NCBI GenBank assembly: GCA_037447605.1
Contig: CM074806.1
Coordinates: 744,001-808,000 of the forward strand
Direction: 5' to 3'
From: Zygnema circumcarinatum SAG 698-1b
Taxonomy: Eukaryota; Plantae; Zygnematophyceae
Length of the DNA stretch: 64,000 nt
Position numbers and translations under genes: made by a program. Positions 1-16,225 of the stretch are shown one piece after another. The stretch's first letter is position 1. Every line of letters begins with the position of its first letter. The notes beneath the pieces were generated by a model that was given only the letters and a program-made list of their open reading frames with translations, ran no database searches and had not been told where the DNA came from.

Positions 1-6116
<6,116 letters not shown>

Positions 6117-6725
6117 GCTTCTGCAGGGGCTTCAGGAAGAGGGTTTGGGGTTCTGCAGAAGAGGGAATGGGTGGAAGGGTAGGGTTTGTTCTTGTACATA
6201 GTTATTAGGGTTAGGGAGGAATGTTGAAGTTAGGAATGTGAGGGGACTCATGGTGACTGTAGCAATTGACTGTTCTCTCCGTAAGGGAAGGGTGCACGGA
6301 CATGGTATGGGTACACAACGGAAAGAAGAAAATGAGTGCGGATATGGCAAGTGTGAAGATGGAACGAGTTTATGAGCGAGTGCTGAACTTTGGTCGAATG
6401 CATGCACGCGTCTGTCGCTGTGCTGTGACCTCATTTGATGCAGATCACTGGGAGAATGCGAGAGTGCATTGGTTGCTCTGATTGGTCCGTTTGGAGATAG
6501 GAGCAGGCATCTGGATGAGGGCGTATGCGCGGAGTATCAACGACGAGAACGACTCTAGAAACCCTACGAACAAACACAATTCAATGACATTTTCACTTTC
6601 TGAATCGCAAACACATGCAAACAAACACTACAGCCACCGAAAACGAACATCAAAGAAAGATAAGGCCGTTAATTAGTTTTCAGTTTTTCTATTTTGCTTC
6701 GTATGGCTGTTTACTTTAACAAACC

Positions 6726-6935
6726 CTGAATACCCAACAAAGCAACAGAGTAACCCACAACAGCATGAGTACCCAGCAACAGCATTACCCAACAACAGCA
6801 TGAGTACCCACCAACAACATGAGTACCCAAAAAGCAACAAAGTACCCAACAACAACATGAGCACCCAGCAAAAGCATGAATACCAAACAATAACATGAGT
6901 AAGAGCAACAGAGTACCCACCAGCCACATGAACAA
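6726..6935. repeat. Degenerate minisatellite of about 19 bp, about 11 units, consensus A(A/G/C)CAACAGCATGAGTACCC
   Basis: Units read directly, e.g. acaacagcatgagtaccc, aacaacagcatgagtaccc, accaacaacatgagtaccc, aaaaagcaacaaagtaccc, aacaacaacatgagcaccc. Confidence 0.85.
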
Positions 6936-7167
6936 CAACAACATGCACACCATGAGCCCTTAGAAGGTGAGCCCGCCTCTATCCGCCCACGGATATGGCG
7001 CGCCGCCGATGTGGCTGCCACGCTGGCAACAGGCGCAGCCCCTGCCGTTATATAGAATCCATACCTCTACATAGCACGTTTACGCTTGGCGATGTACGCA
7101 TTCAACGAAGGAACAATTTTCTGAATTGCGCACAGCGAAAGCCCGCAAAAAATCGACATTCGGTGTG

Positions 7168-7200
7168 GCGACGTGGCTCAGTCGCTGTGCGCCACGTGGC
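7168..7200. promoter_or_regulatory. G-box pair upstream of the DLDG1-like gene
   Basis: GACGTGGC (about 7170-7177) and palindromic GCCACGTGGC (7191-7200), about 420 bp before the ATG. Confidence 0.5.
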
Positions 7201-7616
7201 ACCCTCCTCACTCTCCCCCTCTCCCCTCTCCTCCCCCGGCCGCCATGGCCTGAACCGCGCCGGAGCTCCGGTCAGATTGCGCTCTGCAGAGCAGCAGCCA
7301 ACTCTCCGCACATTGCAGCTCCAATCTGAACGAATCTCTCTTCAGCCAACGTTTTTTTTTTCACCACCATTCACTTTCTACTCCTCGCAGAGTCTCTTTA
7401 GCCTTCTGCGTTTGATGCGAGCGGTTGAGCTGTTCCAAGTGCGGCAGAAGGGGACGAAATGTTAATATTGACGGCTTTCAGTGAAGCTGATTCGGCTGCC
7501 GCATCGGCGATGACGAACAATGTGGATTGTGAATTCAGCGCGTCCATGCAGGGCATCAGGATTTGCTGACCCTAGTTTACAGCTTCGTCTGGAGACCATC
7601 ATGCTGGCTATCGGTC

Positions 7617-10600
7617 ATGGTGGCTGAAGCATTACTGTCCGCAGGATCGTTTTTTTCTAATCCGATAGTCTACTGCCATGAGGGAGCACCCTGCAACAAA
7701 AGTCCAGTAAGAAGCTCTCTTAACACCCAGTGCCGAACCCAAAACAGAAACTTAATCGCATGCTCAACGTTTCCAAACTCTTGTCCTTCGACGGTCGGTG
7801 TTTCATTCCCACTGGTTCCATCAGCAGTTCAGCTGAGGATCTATAACACGCACCAGAGGAACCCTAGAAACAGTAAAAATCTTGAACGCTGCAGCACTCA
7901 TGCATTTTATGGAAACCGACAGAGTACGCCGAGGAAGCTGCAGAAACGCGAGCAGCAATTCGATGGAATTCGGATGCGTAAAAGCCGAACAAAGCTGCAG
8001 AATCCATGGCGTTCTGGATCCCTCAGCTATGGCTGCTGCTCTAGTTGCTCCGATGCAATGTGCAATCTTGCAAGTCCTTTGTCAAGGGGCTCATTTGAAG
8101 AGCTAGCAGTTCCAAGATTTCTGCAGGCGTTGAGAAGTAGAGAAGCTTATAGGCGCGGAGGGAAAAGGACACTTCCTATTCAAGCTGCAATAGGGCACAG
8201 ACTATGCATGTGCTCAGAAGACAGCGCTAGTTTTTCTGCATTGAAAGTTCTGTCGCCAATAACTTTAGGGCAGGGCTCGCCCTTTTCTAAGCCATTAGGG
8301 TTTAGCGGAAATAGAGTGCGTTATCAAGAGAGGAGAATAGGAGAATGGAGTTTAGAGAAAGGCCGACGAGGGCCGAAACCGCTTCATGCATGGTGGGATA
8401 AGTGGTTCGGAAGAGGCGGCATAAATGATTTCAACATTGAGGAAAACAACAATGAGCGTGATAATTATGAGAACTGGCGAGAGAGAGGAGAAGGGGAGAA
8501 GCGCATCAAAAAGAGCTGGTCAGAGAAAATTCTGGATGACCTACTTTATGGTGAAGGAGTTTTCTTTGAGAAGGAGACAGAGACAGATGAGGGAAGGACG
8601 TCTCCGTCTCCTGGGAAGCGCCTTTCTCGGAGGCAGCGAATTGACCTGATTGGGGGACCAGACGATAACATCGATGAAATTGTAGCAGATGAGGAAAAAT
8701 TCCGGAAATGGCAGTTAAAGAGGGATACTCTAAGAGAGCTAAAAGAGTATCAGGTGAGTGGGAGAGACCCGGACGACGACTCATGGGAAGATTGGATTGA
8801 CGATAGCATCCGGGTAAGAGAGAAACTTGGAGGCTGGTATGAAGCGCAGCCTGACTGGGAGAGTGGAGGAATACCAAGAAGTCCCCCGAAGGTTCCGGAG
8901 CGAGGCATGAGCTGGTCATTTAAGGAGTTCTTTTTGAAGATGCTCGGTCGTGAGGAGGAGATTGAGGCCGAGTTGTCATTTGAGGAAAGAGTTTTTAGAT
9001 TCACGTCACAAACGACGGTGGGTATTCATTGGTTATTCTCATTTTCTGTGAAACAGTGTATTTATCAGGTTAAGCTTTAACAATAACATCAACTTTTCCT
9101 ATGTACTGAGCACATATTTCTTTCTTGCAGGCGAAGTTCTTCTCTTTTCTAGTTGTTTTCCCAATACTTACGGGGTACCTAGTTCATGACTTCGCGCTGG
9201 TCCCCTTTATTGGGAGGTAAGGATATGTTCACTTGACCTTGATGGCTGACATATCTTCTGTATGGATCGACAATGTGCCCTATGTCCTTCCACTTTTCTC
9301 GGAAGCGCTTTTTGGAAGTCGAAAAGTTGCGATATAGTCCAGGAATGAAGAAGTAAAAAAAAAGCAAAAGAAAAAAAGGGAAAGGGAGCATAACAGGCAG
9401 AAAAGCACAGTGAGGAACTCTGATCTTGATTAGGTTTTCTAAGGCTTTTGAAATAAACTCAAGAGAATCGCATGCTGTCGTAACTTCATAATCTCAACGC
9501 CCTCCCTTGTTTCCTGGAGATGTTGCCTGGGACAGATGGGTGGAAACAACGCCCCTGGTTGCCAAGATGCTTGATGTTCGGGAGTCGCAGAAGTTAATAG
9601 TGATAGAAGAGCTGAAGCTTGAGCGGCAGCGAGTACGGTTTGAGGCGGAGATCGGGAAGACTTCTCCTCTGGATGATGAGGAGCTCGCTGAACACATGCA
9701 TGAAGAAGCGTACGTGACAACAGCTTTATTTTATCTGCTGGGAATAAAGGATACAACTTCGTAGAGTCTGAATTAGGTTCAGATACAGTCCTTCACACAC
9801 TCTTATGAGCTTTGTTGTGGAGGAACTCTTGCTGTTATGCGCAACAGTGAGTGTGACCTACTCTCCCTCTCATTTATGTGTCACTGCCTTGATGGAGCTG
9901 CAGACTGGAACTTCTGGAGGAAGTGCGTGCGGAAAATCGAAGTGCCTTTGCCAACATTTGGTCTGACGTGGTAGTGGGCCTCACAGGCTTCGCCATCTGC
10001 GTTCTCAACCCAAAGCAGGTGAGAATCTCAACTTCAACATACATTAGAGACCCTTCGCCACTAGGCGATATGCTCACTTGCTTTAGTCAGCCAGTCAACT
10101 TGTTCAATTCCGTACGTTACTCTTCCTGGATTGGCTGTCTCCATGAGCCTACGGTTGCACTTTCTCTCAAGGTCAGATAAATAGGAAGTTGCGGTTAGGA
10201 GTTCAAACTGCTATCCCTATTTGGAGTATTTGTCCCGTGAAGCCTAGGAGGGGTCAAGTTTTTGTAGTGTTATTCCAGCACATAGTCGCAAACATTTCGT
10301 TTTCGGATATTCTTGAACTTATGGGCCTCCAGGACCCACATGTGGGTCCTTATGGACCCATATTAAATCCATGAGTCAGCTAAGCTTTTGGGCTCCGGTT
10401 GTGGTGTTATCCGCTTGTGCCTTTGACAGGTGGCAATCATGCGGATGACGGGAGACAGAATATTTACGAACATTTCAGACACGGGAAAAGCATTCGTCAT
10501 TATTCTCTGCACAGATATCTTTCTCGGGTATGCAACGACTAAGAGCACACTTCTTGCACCGTACCATGTGCAGAAGAAGTTCACCAATAATATCTATGGA

Positions 10601-11047
10601 CTTGATCATTCAAGGGCCCCTTTCTTTTTCTCGTACTGCGTTGATGTTCCATGTTGATGTTCCCCAGCTCCGGCGCCCTAATTTCATTTATTTCTCTATT
10701 TGTTATTTAAATTTTAGGTACCATTCCGAGTCGGGTTGGGAGACAGTCATCGATATGTTTTTGGAGCATTACGGGCTGGAGTCGGACCAGGCATCCATCT
10801 ATATCTTTGTGGCAACTGTTCCCGTCACATTGGACGTCTGCTTCAAGCTCTGGGTGAGTTTGCTGAACCCTCGTCGCGCCTGCAGGTCTATCTATGCTTC
10901 ATCTCCTGTTCTATGCTTCGCTGTTCGACTGGGTTCAATTGTGTTGTTGTGACGGCGCCTTTGGCAATCCTTGTGCAGGTTTTCCGATACCTCAACCGTC
11001 TCTCACCCTCGGCGGCTGCTACATTTAGAGAGATGAAGCGGCATTAA
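7617..11047 (+). CDS. DLDG1: Nuclear-encoded CemA/Ycf10-like chloroplast envelope proton-extrusion protein (DLDG1-like)
   Basis: Long first exon (ATG 7617 to ...FRFTSQTT) with a transit-peptide-like N-terminus and a W/D/E-rich region. Later exons give AKFFSFLVVFP, EELKLERQRVRFEAEIGK, SAFANIWSD, NISDTGKAFVIILCTDIFLG|YHSESGWETV, YIFVATVPVTLDVCFKLW|VFRYLNRLSPSAAATFREMKRH*, which is the CemA signature. Confidence 0.9.
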
Positions 11048-11811
11048 TAGCGGCTAGCTGTGAGAGAGAGGAACTTCTCTTCTCCTATCTCTTACTCTCT
11101 CTCTCTCGCTCTCTCTCCCACACTCTCTTTCTCTGTCTCTCTCTCGATCGTCTCTCTCTGCTTCTCCCAGTTCCCCCATCTCTCCTTCTGCTTCCTTCCG
11201 CCCTCTTTGCGCAGACCCGGGGAAGCTGTTTAAGGGCGGGCCTTCAGGCGTATTTCCTACACCAATAATTGTGCCCCCTCATGGAACAGCAGTTTTCAGA
11301 TTTCTGGAGGAGTATTTTTTGACATTTTTGATTTACAGTAGAGGACCAAACTATGCTGACATAGAACCCATCAGCAGACAGTGCACACACTGCCATTGTG
11401 TGCCCTATTCTATTGCATTTCCTGGCCTGCAAATAACGCAACCGGGCGAGCCGCTCGTTTCGACTCCATCTTTTGGCGTGTCTTTCTTCCAAAGGAATGG
11501 CGTCCGCCCCTCCCTCAGCATTTGGTTCGAGTGCTTTCGCTCGTTCCTGTTGAAACTCGCAGCGACTGCACCCCGAAATGTCCCCTCCTGCCCCTGCGCT
11601 CACACTCATGCTTATGCATGAAAACCCCCCACCACCATAAAGCTCATGCTCACAGCCCTCCCATCAATAACCACTGTGCTCCCTTCATACACGACCCAAA
11701 AAAAAAATTGAAATAAAAAGTTTGTTTCCAGTATACCATTTCCATTTTTTCAATTCCTTTCCTCCCCACCACAGTGCAGTTGCCCTCCCTCCCTCCCTCC
11801 CTCCCTTCCTC

Positions 11812-11905
11812 CCACGTCACCATTCTGCACACGTGGCTGATCGCCATTGGACGATGCTCGACCACAGTATCTGTTCGCCGCCCAATCCCAGGTCGCGTCA
11901 CGTCA
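11812..11905. promoter_or_regulatory. ACGT-core elements (ABRE/G-box-like) and a CCAAT box upstream of the 12074 gene
   Basis: CCACGTCA 11812-11819, ACACGTGGC 11829-11837, CCAAT 11882-11886, and GTCACGTCAC near 11897. Confidence 0.45.
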
Positions 11906-12073
11906 CGCTTTGAGTCGTCCATGGCTGCCCTCCCTCATTCCTCCCTCGCTCGCGCTATCCCGCCCTTCTCTCACTCGTGGGCGCCCGGCTGCCCCTGCTG
12001 CGGAGTCTGCTTGCGCGCTTCCCGCCGCACTTGGTTCAGAGCTAAAGGAAAAGGTTTCTCTTGTGGTAGCGCC

Positions 12074-14313
12074 ATGGCGGCTGCAGAACTGATGTGCAGC
12101 TGCGCGTTCGGGCAGGAGAGGGTGAACTTGGGATTTGGATGCAAGGCCTCTGGCAATGCTTGCGGTGAAAATATTCAGAGAAGTGTTCACATTCGAGCTG
12201 CAAATGATAGGTTAGGGCGGTTACGGTTAAATGTGCATGCTCGACCCGTTCGACAAGGGCTTGTTCTCGGACTTGGAGCGTGGAGGTAGGGAAGAGCTGC
12301 AGGCCCTTTACCTGATGGTTTTTTTTTTCAATTATAGAATGTATGCACTTGGTAATAGATAAGGTGACGAAGTTCTTTTGATTGCTCTGCAAATTGCGGA
12401 TGCTTGCCCTTCTGATGAGCTTGTAGCTCGTACAGACGGGGCTTTTAGGGTCATACGGGTTGCAGAGTCTTGAGGATTCTTATTGTGCTAAAAGTACCTC
12501 CTGTTAGTGGTCGTTTATGGTGCGGTTTATTTCCGAATACGTGAATTTCTGCAGAAATGAAATGAAAAATCTAAGGACGCCGTTAGGACATGGTAAATTA
12601 ATTTATATTGCAGGTCGAATGCCAAAAAGCAAAATCGAGGAGTGATTACAATGGGTATTCGGGCGGTCGAGAATTTTGAGACGAGCTTTGAGCTGCAGCC
12701 TCAAGTAAGCAACTTCTTCAAGGGCTCTTGTAATCCCTAGTGCAAGCGTAGCAGTGTGTTTGAAACAGTCGTAGTTATGTGCGGCAAGAAATGGCGGAGG
12801 GTTATATATAAGCCGTTACAAGCAAGAAATCGTTTAGATTGTATTTCAACTCTATTTTTTTAACAAGTTGATTGAAGGTAATGGGCGGTATGCACAGTGC
12901 GAAGAAGTCTTGGTGAAGCTGCTGTCGTCCGAGACCTTCTGTAAGCAGGTATGCAGAATTCTTCCTTTTCGGGTCAAACATGTCGAGGATGCCGCTCAAA
13001 TAAATTTCGGACACTCTGTAGAGTTAGGTTAACTGCAGTAATCTAATGGACTTGGTCCCACTTTCACAAACCTTATCCTGCACCTTCCCCCGACTGCAAC
13101 AACATTTTTGTTTGGCAAAGCTGAGCTTTTTATCAGTCTTTGTTGAATGACCCAAAATCACATGAGCTCCCTTCATTTCTGACCGCTATAAGGTTAGAAA
13201 AGATAAAACGGTCATTGTTCATTTTTTGGAAAAAAAATTGGTTTCAGGTGGCTCAGCAGCCTGGCATGGCCCCTGATTCAACTTGTGGATTCACCGGAAA
13301 GCTGTTTCAGCCGGTTCCATGGAGTCCCACTACCCGTTTCGGAATGCCGCAGGTAAGAACCCTACTCCTAAAGATTCTTTTATGCAAGGAGTGAGCAAGG
13401 AGATGCCTACCCGGCAAAGCAATTTTTTTTTAGGGTTTTTGGCTTCTTTAGATTTTCTTACAGCCTTCAGCTCTGACTAAGTGAAGTGCGATTGTCACGC
13501 GTAGATGTTTCCCTTGTTGTAGGCTGAAAGCTCTACGATAGTAAGGTTAATCCTCGTCTTTCGTATGTATAAAATGTTGCAGGACTGTGAGCAGTATCTG
13601 GAGGATAAAGAAAACTACGTTATCATTAATGTTCCGCCAAACTTCATGTTTCAAGCAAAGGTGAGCTTAGGCCCCTCTGCCCTTTTTGCTCCCCTCCCTC
13701 CCCTCCCTTCTCTGCCTCCACCCTCCCCTCCCTGTCTCCCCATCCTCCACCTTTCTGCCCAACTTAATTACTTCTCTCACTTTCTCCCACCTCCTGCCTC
13801 CCCTTCCCTCCTCGCACCATATTTGAAATTTGATTATTTCCCCTTCATGTCGCACACGGTCCCTCCCTTCCCCCCCCTCCTCCTCCCCCATCCCTCCTCC
13901 CCCCTCCTTCCTCCACCTCCCCCCTCCCCCCATCCTCCTCCTCCACCCTCCCTCCTCCTGCCCCCCTCCTCCTCCCCCCTCCTCCTCCTCCTCCCCCTCC
14001 CCCTCCTCCCACCTCCCTCTTCCTCCCCCCCTCCTCCTCCCCCTNNNNNNNNNNCCCCTCCCTCCTCCCCCCCTCCTCCTCCCCCTCCCTCCTTCTCCCC
14101 CCTCCCTCCTCCTCCCCCCTCCCTCCTCCTCCCCACTCCCTTCTCCTCCCCTTCCATTTTTTCAACACTGAGCAGCTGCCGCCTCCCCTCTCTGGCGTTA
14201 CTAGCGTGGCTGACGTGTGAGCCCCCTGCCGGCCGGGTTCTGGTGTGCAGATTTTCAAGCCATCGAGGCTTTGCGCGATCTACACGAAGCAGGCGGCCGC
14301 CGCTCAGAAATAG
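12074..14313 (+). CDS. Small (about 157 aa) five-exon protein of unknown function with a transit-peptide-like N-terminus
   Basis: Splice phases are consistent: MAAAELMCSCAFG...RAAND R|SNAKKQNRGVITMGIRAVENFETSFELQPQ|VAQQPGMAPDSTCGFTGKLFQPVPWSPTTRFGMPQ|DCEQYLEDKENYVIINVPPNFMFQAK|IFKPSRLCAIYTKQAAAAQK*. Confidence 0.7.
13680..14155. repeat. Intronic C/T-rich low-complexity tract spanning a 10-N gap (14045-14054)
   Basis: Near-pure cct/ccc pyrimidine run, Ns visible. Confidence 0.9.
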
Positions 14314-14485
14314 GAGAATGTTGCAAGGGGAGGCCCAGACTCAAATGTTTTTTAACGTCAAAAAAATTACATAACTGGTCCGCTGGTATCGATGTCGCCG
14401 TGCCGTGTGCTGCTTGACGGGACTGGCTTTCACCTGCCCGCGGTTGGGTCCCAGTTTATCGTGAAGTGCTACATGGACTGTAACT

Positions 14486-15355
14486 GTACTGTAACGGAGA
14501 GCGTGACGACATGTAGCTCGGGAGCGAACTTGGCGACTACGGTACAGTACTGTACTCCGAAATGAAGTTTCCACGTGTCGTAATTTGACTTCCGTAAAAA
14601 GTGGAAAATCCGCCACGTGCACACTGCCAGCGGCGGCAGAATCTTGACTGCCGGCAAAACAGCTCTTCGAAAGCGTCGATTCGGCCACGTGGCGTCCTTG
14701 AATTGGGCAGAAGTATCGTACCGAGAAGATCTTGCGGCCGTTGACACTGGCACGGCCTAAAACCCGCCTCAGATAAACCTCTGTTTCCAGCCAATCGGCG
14801 ATCAGCGCTAGTGCCCACAAATCGACAACAATCCCTTGACCCGATGGGAGAAATCCAAGTTTTTTCCGTACAAACTGAGCCTTTGGATTGTACAAAGACG
14901 TCACTCAAAAACCATCGGGGTGTACCAACAGCAAATTACAAAAATCTGGGAAGAAATCGCGCCCACCACCGACCTTTTCCGTACACCGTGACATGTCACT
15001 GCCCCTACCGGCCAAAAAGCAGTTATGCCGAGACCATACGAACCGACACAACGCCCGCCGCCAGGTTGACTCGACTGCCGGTTTTGGCCGGACTCTAAAG
15101 GACAAACGTAGTGCAGTTAAAGATTACCGTGTCCTTAACGATTCGTACAGATGCCTTGTGAATGCGCCAAATTTCCCTGCAATGATTGGCGCAGTGAATG
15201 GTCGGTGGCCGGGAGATAATCCAAACGGTCCGTACGCAAACTGCCAACTGCACATGCTAACCGACGTACGAAAAGGTCGGTACTTGATCTTTCTCTTTTG
15301 TCGGCAGCGTTCCGAAATTCCGGAAGCCATACGGACGCCGACATTGGATGTGTAC
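14486..15355. promoter_or_regulatory. Intergenic cluster of 14 GTAC cores (SBP-box/CuRE-like) and three G-boxes
   Basis: GTAC at 14486, 14542, 14547, 14552, 14718, 14868, 14890, 14922, 14981, 15145, 15232, 15266, 15280 and 15352. CACGTG lies within 14571-14578, 14612-14619 and 14684-14693. Confidence 0.45.
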
Positions 15356-15689
15356 GAACGTGACAGGTGAGGGATCCCGGTCCCGCGTCAGAACGGAATT
15401 GTGCGAATTTCTGAAACTGAGGCCATGTGTCGCATAAAGCGGCGGAACAGGGCGGGCAGGGGAGGCAGGGAGAGAGGGAGGGAGGCGGCGAGCGAAGGGA
15501 AGGGAAGGGGAAGCGGGCGGAGGGGACGGGGCGGGGGAGCTTGGACTTCAGAGGGAGTGTTCAAGGGAGAATCTTTAGGGCACAGGGAGGGACAGAAAGG
15601 GAGCCAGATGTGTATTTTCTTCCTTTTTTTGGGCTCGTTTGTCCCTCTATCTACGTTTGTGTGAGTCTCTAGCTCTACCCAAGTCTTCT

Positions 15690-16175
15690 CCCTCATCCCT
15701 CCCCTCCCCCCTCCCCCCTCCCCCCTCCCCCCTTCCCCACTTCTCCCCTCCTTCCCTCCCTTCCTCCCCCCCTCCCCCTTCCCCACCTTCCTCCCCCCTT
15801 CCCCCCTCTCCCCTCCCCCTCCCCCCCTCCCCCTCCCCCTCCCCCTTCCCCACTTTTCTCCCTCTCCCCTCCCCCACTGCCCCCTCCCCCTTCCCCCCCT
15901 CCCCTCCCCTTCCCTCCTCACCCCTTCCCCCCCTCCCCTCCCCTTCCCCACTTCCCCGCTCCCCATCTCCCCCCCTCCCCCTTCCCCCCCTCCCTCCCCC
16001 CTTCCCCCCTCCCCCCTACCCCTCCCCCACTCCCTCCTCCCCCCTCCACCTTCCCCCCTCCCCCTCCTTTTCCCATTCCTCTCCCCCTCCCCCTCCCCCT
16101 CCCTCCTCCCCCTCCCCCCACCCCCCCCTCTTCTCCCTCCCCCTCCCTTTTCCCCTCCCCTCCCCCCCTCCCCCT
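15690..16175. repeat. Polypyrimidine/polypurine (CCCCT-type) tract immediately upstream of the LRR gene
   Basis: Almost only C and T; G-quadruplex-competent on the minus strand. Confidence 0.9.
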
Positions 16176-16225
16176 CCTTGGCATTTGAAGGCAGCGGAAC
16201 TGACGCCCGCTGCGTTGGGTATGAG

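Noticed and set aside
6673-7021. Cys-rich minus-strand ORFs and a possible CRISPR-like array
   Set aside because: Products of a degenerate minisatellite; no constant repeat with unique spacers, and no cas genes.
13565-14374. Long Pro- and Gly-rich ORFs (269 aa and overlapping ones)
   Set aside because: Translations of an intronic C/T tract containing an N gap; only the flanking short exons are coding.
14341-15370. 187-aa and 160-aa ORFs in the GTAC-rich intergenic block
   Set aside because: No recognisable motifs or splice context; better explained as regulatory or TE-derived DNA.
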